The position numbers and the translations under genes were made by a program. From Arsenophonus sp. (GTDB lineage: Bacteria; Pseudomonadota; Gammaproteobacteria; Enterobacterales; Enterobacteriaceae), in contig CM125795.1 of the NCBI GenBank assembly GCA_052171275.1, positions 651,557-715,556 of the forward strand: a stretch of DNA of 64,000 nt, read 5' to 3'. The notes beneath the pieces are model-generated. The model was not told where the DNA came from. It searched no databases and saw only the letters and a program-made list of their open reading frames with translations. This document shows positions 33,327 to 48,018 of the stretch, in pieces (positions within the stretch are counted from its first letter, which is position 1; every line of letters begins with the position of its first letter).

Positions 33327-36300
33327 TAGTAAAATTTCCTACAACTTCAGATTTTATCTTCATATTTTGATTTAATCGATAATTATAAGAAAGAGTTTGC
33401 TTAAATCTATAGAATGATAAATATTAAAAAATAAAAAATAAAATATTTTTAAAGATAAATTTAAGCGCTTTGTCGTCTTAATCATCTGAAAACTATTGTT
33501 TATTAATGATGATATAAAATGTATAATTTAACCATAAAATATTTATAATTACTGTATCTTACTATAATTCAATTAGAGATTTTTGGTAATTATTATCAAT
33601 TTCTAATAAAGTTTTTTTATCTTATATAAAATTAAATAAAATTAACTTATGAAAAAATAATTGATGTACTTAATTAGTATAAATTATTTTAATAATAGAT
33701 TATTACATTTCATTATATAATATGTAAATATTTTAATTTTTGATAAAAATGACTTTAATTTTTAAAAATTAATTACATTGATAAACATATATTTATAGAT
33801 AATGTAATAATATATTGTTTTTTTAGTTATTTTATTAGGTAACTATTTAAATGCTATAACACTGACAAATAAAAGAAATATTTATATTAATAAAATAATT
33901 TATTCAATTATTTAATTAATAATAGTAATATTTATTATCATAGATAATCTATCATAATAATTTTTTCATGTTAAAAATTTCTAGTTTTTTATCATATTAG
34001 CTTTATTATATATTTAACATATATTTTATATTGTCTTATCTTAAAGTAAATATTTAATCTTTAAAATTATTATTCTTATATTTAAAGTTTTACTATAAGG
34101 ATGATTGAATTATAAATAATAAATTATATTTAATTTATTGACTAATATAATATAAATATATTAAAATCGATAATATAAATATTATTAGATATATAAAAAA
34201 ATTATATTTTATTAATGTACTGACGACGACTAATAGTATTACTATAAATTGATAATTTATTTGTATAAAATAAATTTAATAATTTTTTATTAGATTACTA
34301 ATTAAAATAGTTATATAAATTTTAGGATTGTCTACATTATTTATATAATGAACTAATTTTAGTGATAATATTTTATATTTTAGGTTTAAATTATTAATAA
34401 TAATTATATCAAAATACATTATCAGATGTTCATCTTTATCTATAGTGAAATTTAATTTTGTAAAAATTATTCAGATAATAATTAAATTAAAATTTAACTT
34501 TTAAATATTTTTTATTAATTATTAATGTATTTAAATATTATATAAATGTACAAAGTTTACATATGAAATAATATTCTTATTTTTATTTACTCAAAATACT
34601 CTAATAGATTAAGAAAAAATTATTTATATGATAATTTATTTTTTTATAAAAAATATCAAAACTATATTTGTTAATATTTTTAAATTAAGCGTTCAAATAA
34701 TTAATCAACATTTATTACCAAATAACTAATAACCATGATAATCATCGATACTAATAATGATATTATTTAAATTTAAGGAAAATATTATATTTTTTAAGTA
34801 ATATATTATTATCTCTTATTTTTATACTTTTGTTATTTAATTTATTTTATTGAATATGATATATCAAACTGTATTAATGATTATTTAATATATCATATTA
34901 ATATATAATTATTACATCGATAATATTTTATATTATATATTTTATATAGTAAATTTATAATATATTATGCGTTTTATCAATATTAAAATATTGGATTGTT
35001 GTTTATTGTGTTTTAAATCAAAATAAAAATTTATATGGATTTCCTTAAGTGGAGTGTTATCTACTAAGTAGTAGATATTTACTAATTACATATTTTCTAA
35101 TTATTAATAAAATTAAATATTATAATGGAAATAAAGACAAGATAATTTATCATAATTTTAAATTTATATAATATTAACTAATAAACTATAAAAACAATTT
35201 AATGAGTATTAGCATAATTACTTATATTCAATTATAACTTAATTGATTAACTGTATTTATTATGATAGTATTTTATAAATTTTAATTAATAATCTTTATT
35301 ATTTAAATATATCACATGAATCATAGAAATAAAGATATATTTTACTAGATAAAACTTTTATTCTATACCTTTAACGATAAATGAGTTATGATTGTATAAA
35401 TTTAGTTATATATAAAGAGTATAATTATTAATTCAATTATTACTTTTATTTTTTAATTTATCATAAATTAAAAAATAATATAAGTCTTCTAAATACATCT
35501 GAAGACTCGTATTAATTTTACTTTTAAAAAAGCTATACAACCTATTAATTAAAGATCAGAAAAATTTTAATAAATACGGTGAGATTATAATAAGCTTATT
35601 TTTAGTTATTTTCGATATATTTTATAACTGAAATGAATTTAGGAGCATTTTATTTTTTTACTCAAATATATTTGATGGTAGTGATATTGTGTATCATCAT
35701 TCTAATAGAAAAGTATAAGTAAAAAATAATATAAATACCGATAAAATAATATTAATTTTCTTTATTTCTTATATCATGTTTCTAAATTTATCTTAATTTA
35801 ATATTTAAGCTATGGCAAATAATTTACTAGATGATCATATATCAATTATTTTTAAATGGAAAATATAAGATTATATGAAAATATAGTAAATAAAATAATT
35901 ATTTTATATAATACATCTAGATAATGTATCTTTATTAATTGAACCTTATAAGAATACGTGAGTATTTAATATTTATTAAAAAAGATAATTAATCTTTAAT
36001 ATATAAATTATATAATTTTATTACTAAATTATATAAAAATACTAATAATTAACTAGTTATTTTATTTAATTAAAGAATTTAAATTTTTTTGAATATTCAA
36101 AAAAATTTATTATATAATATAAATTATTTTTTTAGATTCTCAATAATAAAGAATTTCCTATTAAGGATTAAAAAATAAAATATTCATACTCATGTTTTAA
36201 TTATTAAAACTAGTTATATATTAAATATTCTATAATATATATTATTAAATAAGTAGATAAAAATAAATATCATATAAATTCAGATTATAATTTAACAAAT

Positions 36301-39300
36301 GGATTTATTCATTGACATAAATCCATTTAATAAATTATTTAATCTATTACTGATAATATCTTTTGACTATTTTATAATAAAATAAATACTTAGAATATAT
36401 ATCAATAGTTTAATTAAGATATGACTATTTATAATATTTTAATTTATAAAAAAGAATCATCATATATATAATTAATAATTAAGATAATTTAGTTTTCTAT
36501 ATATAATAATTAAATTTATATTAATATAATTTTAATTATTAATATTAAGGTAGATAAATAATTAAATATTAAGCTAAATAACAAAAATTGAATAATTTAT
36601 CAAATAATAGTTTCTAATATAAAAATACTTTTATATCAATTTAATTGATTTAAAAGTATTTTTGATAGTAAACTAATAATAAAACTTACTCATATATCGA
36701 AATTTAAATCTTTGAATATTATAAAACTAATAATTATAATAGTAAATAAAATTATTACCATTAAATCATAATTTGTATGAATAATTAATGATAAAATGAA
36801 ATAAAAATTAATAGTTTATTTTATTTGAATTATTCAAGGTTAAAAATTAATATAATTTAAAGTAAAAAATATATAATATAACGTTAATAATATTTTTAAA
36901 TATGTAAATAGTTTATTAATCAAGATTAATAATAGTGAAATTATATTTCTATATTAACTTTTAAAGTATAATAAATTAAATGAATTAAAGGTACTAAAAT
37001 ATATTAATTCTATATAAACTATTTTTATTTATCTATAAAATATAATGTTGAAAAATTCATTTTTATTTTAAAATATTTAATTTTTGCTGTTAAATACTGT
37101 ATAATTTCATTAATTAAATAATTATTAAATTAATCATCTAAATTTTAGAATATAATGTTAAAACGATTAAATATATAGATATTTTATGATAATCATATAT
37201 ATTAAAAATATCAATATTAAAATTTATAGTTAATGGATAATTTTAATATTGATTTTTTATTACTGTTATTATTATTGATTAAAAGAATTTAATATAATTT
37301 AAAATTTTTTATAAAAAACAAAAATTATAATATAAATTTATAATAATTATCTTATTAACCAATAAAAATCTAATATATCATTTAATTTCAAAAAATATCA
37401 TAAAAAAAATATTTTTCTTCTATTGTAATAGATTTATTTTATCTACTTAAATTTTATCTTTAACATAAGATAGATAATATCGTATCGTTATTAATAATAT
37501 TTAGCAATTAATTTAATAGAAATTATGATTATAATAATGTTATGTAATAAACTACTTAAATATTTAATATATGATTCATATTCTTATTTATAAATTATCT
37601 TTATTAAAAATTAATTAAGAATTTATATTTATATTTAAAATAAAATAATTAATTAATAATTATTTGATTAAATTTTTTTAGGAAATATTTTCTAAAATAG
37701 TATATAAAATATATTTTTTGATTTCCTTAAAAACTTTACAGATTCTAAGAAATAAATAATATATTAATATATATTAATAAAATAATATTAATTTTTGATA
37801 AATTACTTGATAATTTTTATCTAATATATTTATTAAATAGAACAAAAAAATAAAATATATCTAATTAAAAAAGATTTTAACAAATAAAAAAATAATTTAT
37901 TTAGATTTTTATCTAATATAAGAAAAAGTTTTTACAAAATGATAAATATTAATTTTAAAATTTTATTTATCAGATAATAAATCTATTTTTTAAAAGTTTA
38001 ATAATAAAAGATAAATAAATTTAATTATAAATATTGAACTTAAAAATAAAATATAGTAAAAGAACAGTAATTAGGATTTAATATATAATATAAATATATC
38101 ATCTTAATAATCATTAAGCATTCTTGTTTTTATGATCTAAATAACATCAATTGAAAGTATATATATCTTAATTTCAATAAAACAATATAGTTCTCAAAGT
38201 AACATTTAGCTAATAGAAGAAAAAGTTGATGTAAATGTTTTATTTAAAAAAAGAATAAAGATAAATAGATTAATATTAATAATAAAATTATTAATTATAA
38301 AAGATAGATATATATTGTATAATTAAATCGATTATCAATATAGTAAAATATAGAATAAAATATAATCAAATAAAAAATTTTATATATTAATATATATTAT
38401 TTTAAATAAAAAATTTATAAAATTTAATAATAATTAATTCTGAATCATAAAAAATGATAATTATATTAACCATAATTTTTATTAAAGTTAATAATAAAAA
38501 GTATTTAATCTATATTTATTCTCTTTTAGTGTTAATTATCATTACCTTTAATATTTTTTATTTAATGAATAAGATATTAATAATAATTAGTAGATGAATT
38601 TTAATAAAAATAATAATAGTAATTAATTTTAATTTAAAATAAATTCTATATTTCAAAAAAAATATTAAAATACATTTAACTATATAAAATCTTAAATAGA
38701 AATTATAATTCAAATTTAGTCATTATCTTATGATATAAATATCCGATAACTAACTTATCAAAAAAAATGAGCTAATAAATATAGTTATTCTTAGTAATTA
38801 TACTAATAATTATATGTATGAATAATACATAAAACATTTATTAATGTAATAATAATTACAAATATAAATAAATCTAAAAGAAATTAGTAAATAGTAATTT
38901 AAGTTAAATATTTCAATTAAAATAAATTATTTAATAAATAATAACTGTAGTGTAAATAAATATTTTATCTTATCTTATTTAATTTTTTTAAAAAAATAAT
39001 TTTTAATTCTATAATAATAGAGGTTCAATCAATAAGTATTATTTATTAAATGAATATCTATTAGTTCTAAGTTATTTTTTTAAATAATTTATTATAATTC
39101 AGAGTAAAATATTTGTTTTTATTCTAAAAATAATGATAAATTTTTATAAATTCGATATTAACGATAAGAATTGTAAAAGATGATATCTTCATAAATAAAT
39201 CATTATTTTAATAATATGATATACCTTAAATTAATTAAAATTATTATTTATATTAAATATTTTATAATATAATATTATTTATGTTTTTTTTATAAAAATA

Positions 39301-40822
39301 ATAAAAGTTTATTTTATAATCAATTAATTTTAATACATTAAAGTTCAGGTTTTTTATATTTTAAATTACACATAATAATCTATTTTTAATTTCTTATCAT
39401 TTATAATGAATGATAAATAAGTTAATTAAATGTTAGTTATAATAACTATATCTTAATTCAATTATAAGTTAATTTTGAATTTTAATAATAAATTAATAAC
39501 TTATTAATATTTATTATTAAAAAATAAAATAATAAGATTATTGTAATTATAATAATAAAAATTATTAATCCAAAACCATTATTATTAATTAGTCTATCTT
39601 ATTTATCATTATTTTTTAAATAATGTGAATATTTCATAATATAATAATCAGAATATGTTTTGAGTAAAGATATTATAAAGAAAATTAAATACTTAGCTTA
39701 AATTAGAATTTAAGTTTTTTTAAAAGAACAGTTAGACTTGGTTGTGATAAATGTGTTAATAGTTAAATAATTTATTTTATTATATATACCTTATAAGTAT
39801 TTCAATAAATTTTAAGATTTATATGAATAATTATTAACTTAATACTTATATTGAAAGATAAAATAATTTTTTTTAATATAAATATTAATGATATATGATC
39901 TAATTATCTTAAAATAATGTTTTATTTAATTAAAATATAATTAAAATATTTATGATAAAATAAATTAATCATAAAATTATGAATTTTAATTTTATATTTA
40001 ATTTATATTAATAGATCTTATAAATTTTCTTATGATTAATATCGTTATAAAATTCGAATAATTTTTTAAATATTAAATCTAAATAATCTAAATTTAATAA
40101 CTCTTTTTATGTTTGTTATACTGATAAATATAATTTATATTATATATTGTTTTTTATTTTTATTTAAATAAACTATGAAAGTTTTATATAATTTGCTATA
40201 TTATAGTTATTTTAATTGTATTAATTTTTATATTCTTAATTATAAATATTATTTGATTTTTAATATCTTTAAAGTTAAATGTTTTAAAAATCATATTAAT
40301 TATTGCTGAGATAAGATGGATAAGCTTACTCATGGAGAATATATCTATATTTTCTGGATATATATTTATTTATCAAAAATTTCTGAACTATAATTATAAT
40401 TATTTAATATCATAGTTTTAGATATTTAATGTTTTATTTATTTTTATTTATTATATTTAACCAACTTAATCAAATTTAATATTTATTTTTAATTGATTTA
40501 ACATAATTTGATATTTTAATATTATTTTTTAAAATTATTATAGTTATATACGATAAAATCGTAATTAACGATTTATTATAATTAAAACTTAATAAGCAAA
40601 TATTAAAGTATTTATATTATAAGCTTGTATGATTTTTATTAATCAACTATTAATAAATTAATTATAAAATTATTCATATAATTAATTTTAAAAAGTATTT
40701 TATAAAATTTTATATATTTTTATATTATAAATTAACAAATAAAATTATTGATTATTTAAATTTCAATAACTTAGATTAATATATATTTAAAAATAAAAAG
40801 TGTTTTATTTTAGGATAAAAAT
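33327..40822. other. A/T-saturated non-coding tract (7.5-kb gene desert)
   Basis: There is no ORF of 60 aa or more on either strand, and I recognise no tRNA-like or other G/C-rich island. A few slightly more complex patches (e.g. 35520-35720, 38100-38280, 40290-40360) gave no readable homology. Confidence 0.6.
36621..36663. repeat. 43-nt quasi-palindrome (21-bp arms, one T:T mismatch, 1-nt centre)
   Basis: The sequence is aaaaatacttttatatcaatt / t / aattgatttaaaagtattttt. Twenty of 21 positions pair, and the only mismatch is 36634 with 36650. Confidence 0.85.
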
Positions 40823-41674
40823 ATGAGAAATAATATGAAAATTATTGGAGCACATATAAGTGCGGCTGGTGGTATAAATCAAGCAGTACAACGTGCCTAT
40901 GAAATAAATGCTGATACATTTTCTTTTTTTATAAAAAATCATCGAAAATGGCAAGACCATCCGTTAAAAGAAAAAACAATAGAACAATTCAAGATAAATT
41001 GTGAAATGTATAATTTTAGTAAAGATAAAATTCTTTCGCATTGTAGCTATCTTATTAATTTAGGTCACCCGGAAATAGAATCACTTAAAAAATCACGTGC
41101 TGCGTTTCTTGATGAAATGCAGCGTTGTGATCAGTTAGGCATTACTTTGCTCAATTTTCATCCAGGTAGCCATTTAAATAAAATTACTATTGATGCATGC
41201 CTTGCTTGTATTTCTAAATCAATAAATATTACTTTAGCAAAAACTAAAAACGTTATTGCTGTAATTGAAAATACTGCTGGTCAGGGATCTAATTTAGGAT
41301 TTAAATTTGAACATCTAGCAACGATAATTGAAGCTATAGAAGATAAACAGCGAATTGGTGTTTGTTTTGATACTTGTCATGCTTTTGCATCAGGTTATGA
41401 TTTACGAACAAAAGAAGATTGTGATGATACTTTTATAAAATTTAATAAAATTATTGGTTTTCAGTATTTAAAAGCAATGCATTTAAATGATTCAAAGAGC
41501 AAATTTTATAGTCATATTGATCGTCATGAGAACCTTAGAGAGGGTAATATCGGTTATATGCCTTTTATGTATATTATGAAGGATAATCGTTTCAACAATA
41601 TTCCTTTGATTATAGAAACAACAAATCACAAGATATGGCCTGAAGAAATTTCATGGTTAAGATCTCAACAATAA
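40823..41674 (+). CDS. nfo: Endonuclease IV (AP endonuclease)
   Basis: The 283-aa ORF is colinear with E. coli Nfo (IGAHxSAAGG, [38 protein letters not shown], CxDTCHAFAxGYDLRT, MHLNDxKS, DRHxxLxEGNIG). An AGGA SD precedes 40823. By homology the start could instead be the ATG at 40835 (MKIIGAH). Confidence 0.92.
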   Translation: MRNNMKIIGAHISAAGGINQAVQRAYEINADTFSFFIKNHRKWQDHPLKEKTIEQFKINCEMYNFSKDKILSHCSYLINLGHPEIESLKKSRAAFLDEMQRCDQLGITLLNFHPGSHLNKITIDACLACISKSINITLAKTKNVIAVIENTAGQGSNLGFKFEHLATIIEAIEDKQRIGVCFDTCHAFASGYDLRTKEDCDDTFIKFNKIIGFQYLKAMHLNDSKSKFYSHIDRHENLREGNIGYMPFMYIMKDNRFNNIPLIIETTNHKIWPEEISWLRSQQ

Positions 41675-44600
41675 TCAGGATTTATTATGTATTTTATTTT
41701 AAACAATATGTAAAAATTTATTTATTGATATTTTTATAAGTACTATAATTATATTTTATAACTATAATAAGTTAATATTTTAAAAAATAAATCAATATTG
41801 AATTATTTTTATTTAATAATTATACAATTTAGTTATTCAACTTATTAAGTTGGAAATAGAATAAATTATTAAATTATGAATTTATGTATATATAATGTTA
41901 TGTATTATAATGCTTATTATAAAAATAAAAAATATTAATTTACTTAATAACCAGAATTATATAATATAAAAATATTGTAAAATAATAATATTAAAAGAAA
42001 TATTATAATAATTAAGTAATTAAAATTTAACACTTTTTTTGCTTAATATTGTTATAATTATTATATGTGAAACTTTATAAGTATATTAATAAATTTTATT
42101 TTTAATTATAATTTCTATTATTTATTTATTATAAGATAAATTATTTTTAATATATATTTTATTTTATATATTTTCTATCTTGATAATTTTATAAATTAAT
42201 ATAAATTATGTTATAATAATTTTTACACTATTCTAAAGGATTTATACTCTATCAACGCTTAAATATATTAAGTAATATTCCAATAAATTTTATTTTTTAT
42301 ATCTTAACTTATGTTTATATTTTCTCTGACAATTAATTATTATGTATAATTTTAATGATATAATGCCAATAAATTATCCTATTATTATTTTATTTTTTTA
42401 ATTTATTAATTACTTCATTGTTTGTCTTTCAATTAAATTTGTTAATTAAATTTAATTGAAATTTTAATTTATTAAATAATTATTGTTTTATCATCTTTAT
42501 AAGTAAAATATTTAACAATAATTAATATTATGTTATTTATTATTAATAATAAATAATCTAGATATAAGTTATAATTTTATGTATTTATTATAAGTTTTTA
42601 ATTATTATTATATAATAATCTGCTGAAGTTAAGTTTTTATTTTAGAATAAAAAACAACAAAGAAATTATTTTATTTTGATATTCAAAATTTTTATTATTT
42701 TAGTTTTATTTTATCTTATGATTAAAAATATTTTATTAAAAAAATTAATACTATTTTTAAAATAAATTATTATTAAATATTTTGATTATACTTATTTTTA
42801 AATTAAATATATAATAGTATCAATAATATTGTTATATAATATAATATTAACCTTTATCAAAGATATTTATCATTTATTTAATAGTGATTTGTTTATTATA
42901 AATATATAACATTATTTACTATAATATAATATATTTGTTTATATATTAATAATATTTGGTGTATACTTATATATAGATATTATTAAATATTGATTTTTTA
43001 ACGTTTTGTTAAGTTATATTATTATAATTATTATTATAAAATTTTTACTATAAAATATATTCACATTCAAAATGAAAATAATGAAAATATACTATAGATC
43101 GTATTTATAAAATAAATTATTAGTTAATATTGATTTGAATAAAAAATTTAATAACAACTTAAAATCAATAAGAGTTTAAAAAGAATTTATTATTTGTAAA
43201 ATAATAAATTATTATTATATTTATAGTAATCAACATATATCTTTAAATAAATTAAAGATATTAATTTTCTCTAAATTTTTAAAATATATAAAATAAGAGT
43301 TATTATTTTTTATTTTATTATATGAAATATATAGTTTTAAAATTCTAATAATCAAATATAATATTAAAATTATTATGTTAAATCTATTTAGTTATCAATA
43401 CAATAATTGTAATAAGATCACTTATTATAAAAATAGCGCATGCTAATATTAATAAAGGAATAAACTAACTATTATATACTATATTATAGTAATAAGGTTT
43501 TAAAATATTTCATTAATTTACAAAAATATCCATATTATTATATTAATTCTATAATATAAAATTAATATAATTTATATTAATAAAATTAAATAATAACTAT
43601 TTTTAATTATAAATAATTTTTTAACAAAACTAAAAATAGTAATCATAAAAAGAAGGGTAATTGATTATAAATATTTTGTTGTTATTTTTTTTATGAATTT
43701 AAAAGCGAATTTTAAATAAATTTAATTAGTGATTTTTTATAGTTGTTTTATTAATGAACATATATTTATTTTTTAGTTATAATCTTTATATTTATTAATT
43801 AGTTTATTTTAATATATATTTATTTATATATTATTAATATGTAGAAGAGCAGTGAAATAAAATAACTATATATATAAAATTAATTATATTTTAAATTCAT
43901 TTTTATAGATATAATAATTTTTAGTTAAAATATATTATTTACAGTAATAAATATTATATATTAATTTAAAATTAAAATGTAATATGTAAAAAGTATTTAG
44001 ATTTAATAAAAATAAAATTTTTAAAAAATAACTATAATTCAATAAAATATTATAAATTATTTAAGATAAATTTATTAATTAGTTAATTTTGATTTCTTAT
44101 TAATAAAAAAATCTTCGTTTTAAAAAATTACTTAATAAAATATTAAATTTAAAAAAAATAAAAAATTTTCTACATATATAATATTTATTTTATAAAGAAA
44201 TTTATTTTTATAACTAAATCTAAGAAAATATATTATTTTTATTTCTTAACATAAACTTTTTACTTATTTTAAGATGTTTTTTAAAAAATATTAAGCTATA
44301 TGAAATTATCTAACTGATAATGCTAAAAATATATTTTAGATTTAATATTGAAGAATAGAAATATTTTTGAATTTATTTCATATTATAAATATATTAATAA
44401 TATATCTCTATATGAGAGATATATTATTTTGTGGAATAGTTATATTAATCATTAATATAATATCTATATAACTTATATTAAGTTTATCTAAATTTATTAC
44501 TAGATAGTCAAAATAATTAATTTAATTTAATATCAGATAATTAAACAGTTATTTATATAACACTAGATTATTTAGTAGTACTAAATATATCATAAATATT

Positions 44601-46193
44601 TAAAAAAATTTCTCTATTATATATTAATCTTTTTCGCATTTTTTTGTGAAAATATTTTTTCAATATTAAATATATCTCTATAATAGAGTTTTTAAAATTA
44701 GAAAATAAAAGAAAACAGCATATATATATTTTTAATTATCTAAAATTGATTAGAATATATAAAATTTATTAGAATATCTAAATTATTATTATTTAATGTA
44801 AGTTATAAATAATATATAAAATAATTTATTATATAAAGTATTTTATTAGTTGATAAAAAGTAAATAAATTATTTTATATTAATTTTAATCTATAAGTAAT
44901 AATGATATTTATTATTTTTATTTTATATAATATATAATTAAATACTTATAAAGTATGAAGTAAATATTTAACTCTAATATCCAATAATATTAATATAAAA
45001 AATATTTTATATCATAAAAGAAAATTTCTATATATTATTCATTATGAAAATAATTAAATTATTAACATAAAAAATAAGTTTATATTAAAAATATTTTTTT
45101 ATTTAAGATAAATATAGATAAGTTAATAAATATTATTTATAAATATAAATTATTGAATAATTTAAAATAATTTATTTTTTTTAAAATATAATTGTTGTTA
45201 ATTTTAAAAGTAAAAAATGATATATTCCTATTAATAAATTAACAAATAATACTTATTTCATATCTGAAAATATAGATGCCACAATAATATAAAATAAATA
45301 AGGATAAAATAAGACAAACCTGATATCACTAAAGATTATTTATATTAAAAATCAGTGATAAAAAAATAATATCTTGATTGAAATGGATATTATTAAGTAT
45401 TATTTATAATAAAATATTATATATTAGATTACTTTCTATTCTTATTAGATATTAACTGTCGTATTTTTTAAAACTAATTAAGATGAAACAGTATTGTTTA
45501 AGTTTATTTTAAAAAAAATATGTAAACCGCTTTGTTAATAAAGTTATTAATAGTATACCGATATGGTAACTTATATTTATATATTATTCTATTTATATAT
45601 AACTAGTATTAGCATATAAAGTAATTTAATAGGATTAAATTACTTAAGTTTTTTTATAAACTATAAAATTAATATCTATAAAAATTAGATATAGCTGGTT
45701 TTTCTTCTTTAATAACAAAATATACTTATAGTATATATTATTTTATAAAGTTATCAGTATTACTAAATGTTATCTAGTTACTATATTTAATATTGAGTAA
45801 AAATAATTATTTAAACTTTTAATATAATATTATGAAAACTAAATATTTATAAATGTATATTTAATAATAATATATAAATCAAATAATACTTAAATTTTAA
45901 TAGTTATTAAAATATTATATTTTTAAATATATATTTATTAATCGTCATTTTTATTATCTATTTAGTTTTAATTTATCATATTTATATTATAAAAAATAAT
46001 TTATTTTATAAAGTTTAAATAAAGTTAAGTTAAAAATATTTTTATAATATAAAATTAAAATTTAGTAATAATATATAAACTAATAAATAAATATCAAAAT
46101 ATCATTTAATTTGATAAATAAAAAGATATTTTTAAAATTATTTAGTAGATCCTTATAAATAATAAAATTTATTTTTATATTATATAATTTTAA

Positions 46194-46295
46194 ATATCAA
46201 CTATTCAATCAACAAATTAACTACTATATATTAGTAATAATAAATTCTTCACTACTAATATATAGTAGTTAATTTGTTGATTGAATAGTTGATAT
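46194..46295. repeat. Perfect inverted repeat, 43-bp arms, 16-nt spacer (102-bp hairpin/cruciform potential)
   Basis: The left arm is atatcaactattcaatcaacaaattaactactatatattagta (46194-46236), the spacer is ataataaattcttcac, and the right arm is tactaatatatagtagttaatttgttgattgaatagttgatat (46253-46295). I derived the reverse complement by hand and found 43/43 pairs. Each arm contains several G/C positions. Confidence 0.95.
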
Positions 46296-47983
46296 AAATA
46301 ATACTTTCCACAAAATAATAATAACTATTATATATATCTAGTTAAATGATAATATATATTCATATTTAAATTATATTAATAATAAAAGTAATATTTTAAT
46401 ATAAATATAATGATACTAACTGTTTTATAAGATAAAAACTAAGCTTATTATTTTAATAATAAAAATAAAAATTTGATATTATTATATTAGCAATGTTATT
46501 AAGTAATTTATACTTTATTTTAAATTTAAATTAAATATTAAATATTAATAAATTATTTTTAATTTCATATCAAAATATTTTAAATAAATTAAATAATCAA
46601 ATTTATAATTAAGTATATCATTAAATATTAATTTTTATTTTTCAAGCTAAATTATTAATTAATTATTTAAAGTAATGTATCAAATAATAAATAATAATTA
46701 ATTTTAATAATCAATTTAAACAAAATATTTAATTTAAAGTAAATTATTTTTCTTTAATAAAAAATCATTTTTTAAAAAAATAAAATTTTTATAAAAATCT
46801 ATATAAGATAATTAATTATATAATAGTTAATAATAAAAGATAAAATAAAACATTTAATAAATTAATCAACTTATGAATTATAAATTAATCAAATCTAAAT
46901 TATAATATTTATCAAAATAAAAAATAAAAAATTAAATTTAATATTTATGTTAATAAATAACAATTTTATATAATATTATTTTTTTAGTTAACTAACTTAT
47001 TATTATTTTAAAATAATAAAATAAATAATTAAAATCAAATAATCCAAAATATATTTTTTGATTAATAATAAAACTATTAGAAATATATAGATATTTATAT
47101 AAAAATAGATTTTTAATTAAAAGAATATAAATATATTCTATATATATAAATTATATATATAGAATATTATTAAAAATCAATTATATTTTATGATAAATTT
47201 TAATATTTAAAATATATATAATATTTAATCCATAAAATTATATATTTAAGATATATAAAGTTTTATTAATAAAGAAAAAAATAATATTTAAATTTAAATT
47301 TAAATATAAATAATTATATATTTAAAATAAAGAAAATTCAAAAAAAAATAAAATTAATCTAATAAAAAAACTGTTTTTTTAAAATAATTTAAAAAGTACT
47401 TATAATGTTTATAAATAAAACTTATCGATTTTCAGAAAGATTTTTGAGTGAAAATAACTAATAAATCCATATATTTTATTTAACATTAATAAATCAAATA
47501 AAATTTTATAATAATAAAATGAATTCATTGATATATATAACTACTATTAGTGCAATAGGAGTTATATGATTTATAAAAATATATTATATGAAAATTAATC
47601 ACAATCAAATATATTGTTCATTAAAACTATGATTAAAAATTATTAATCTTAATAATTTTATAAAAATAGTAAATTTACTTGATATTATTTATTAAAAACA
47701 TAAATCTATGAAGTAATAATAAAAAAATAACCACACTTAACATATTTGCTAACTATACTATTAATTATTGATTAGTAAAATTAATTTATTATCAGTTAAA
47801 ATATGGTTATATAAAATTATTTTAATTTTAACTATAGTATAAATATTTTAGTTTCTTATAATCAACTAGTAAATAAAACAAATAAGTATAAATAGATAAT
47901 TTTATTAATATGAGTTTAAAATAAAAAGAATTGAACTAAAATAATAAAACACTAAGTTTATACATAAACATATTTTTAAATAA

Positions 47984-48018
47984 AAAAAAATGAATATTAT
48001 TATAATATTCATTTTTTT
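47984..48018. repeat. Perfect 35-nt palindrome (17-bp arms around one central T)
   Basis: The sequence is aaaaaaatgaatattat / t / ataatattcattttttt. All 17 pairs were checked. Confidence 0.85.

Noticed and set aside
46194-46295. Interpreting the 43-bp-arm inverted repeat as a MITE, IS terminal repeats or a CRISPR-like unit.
   Set aside because: Only 16 nt separate the arms, I saw no flanking direct repeat, no second copy exists in the window, and there is no transposase remnant or array periodicity. I kept it as an unexplained palindrome instead.
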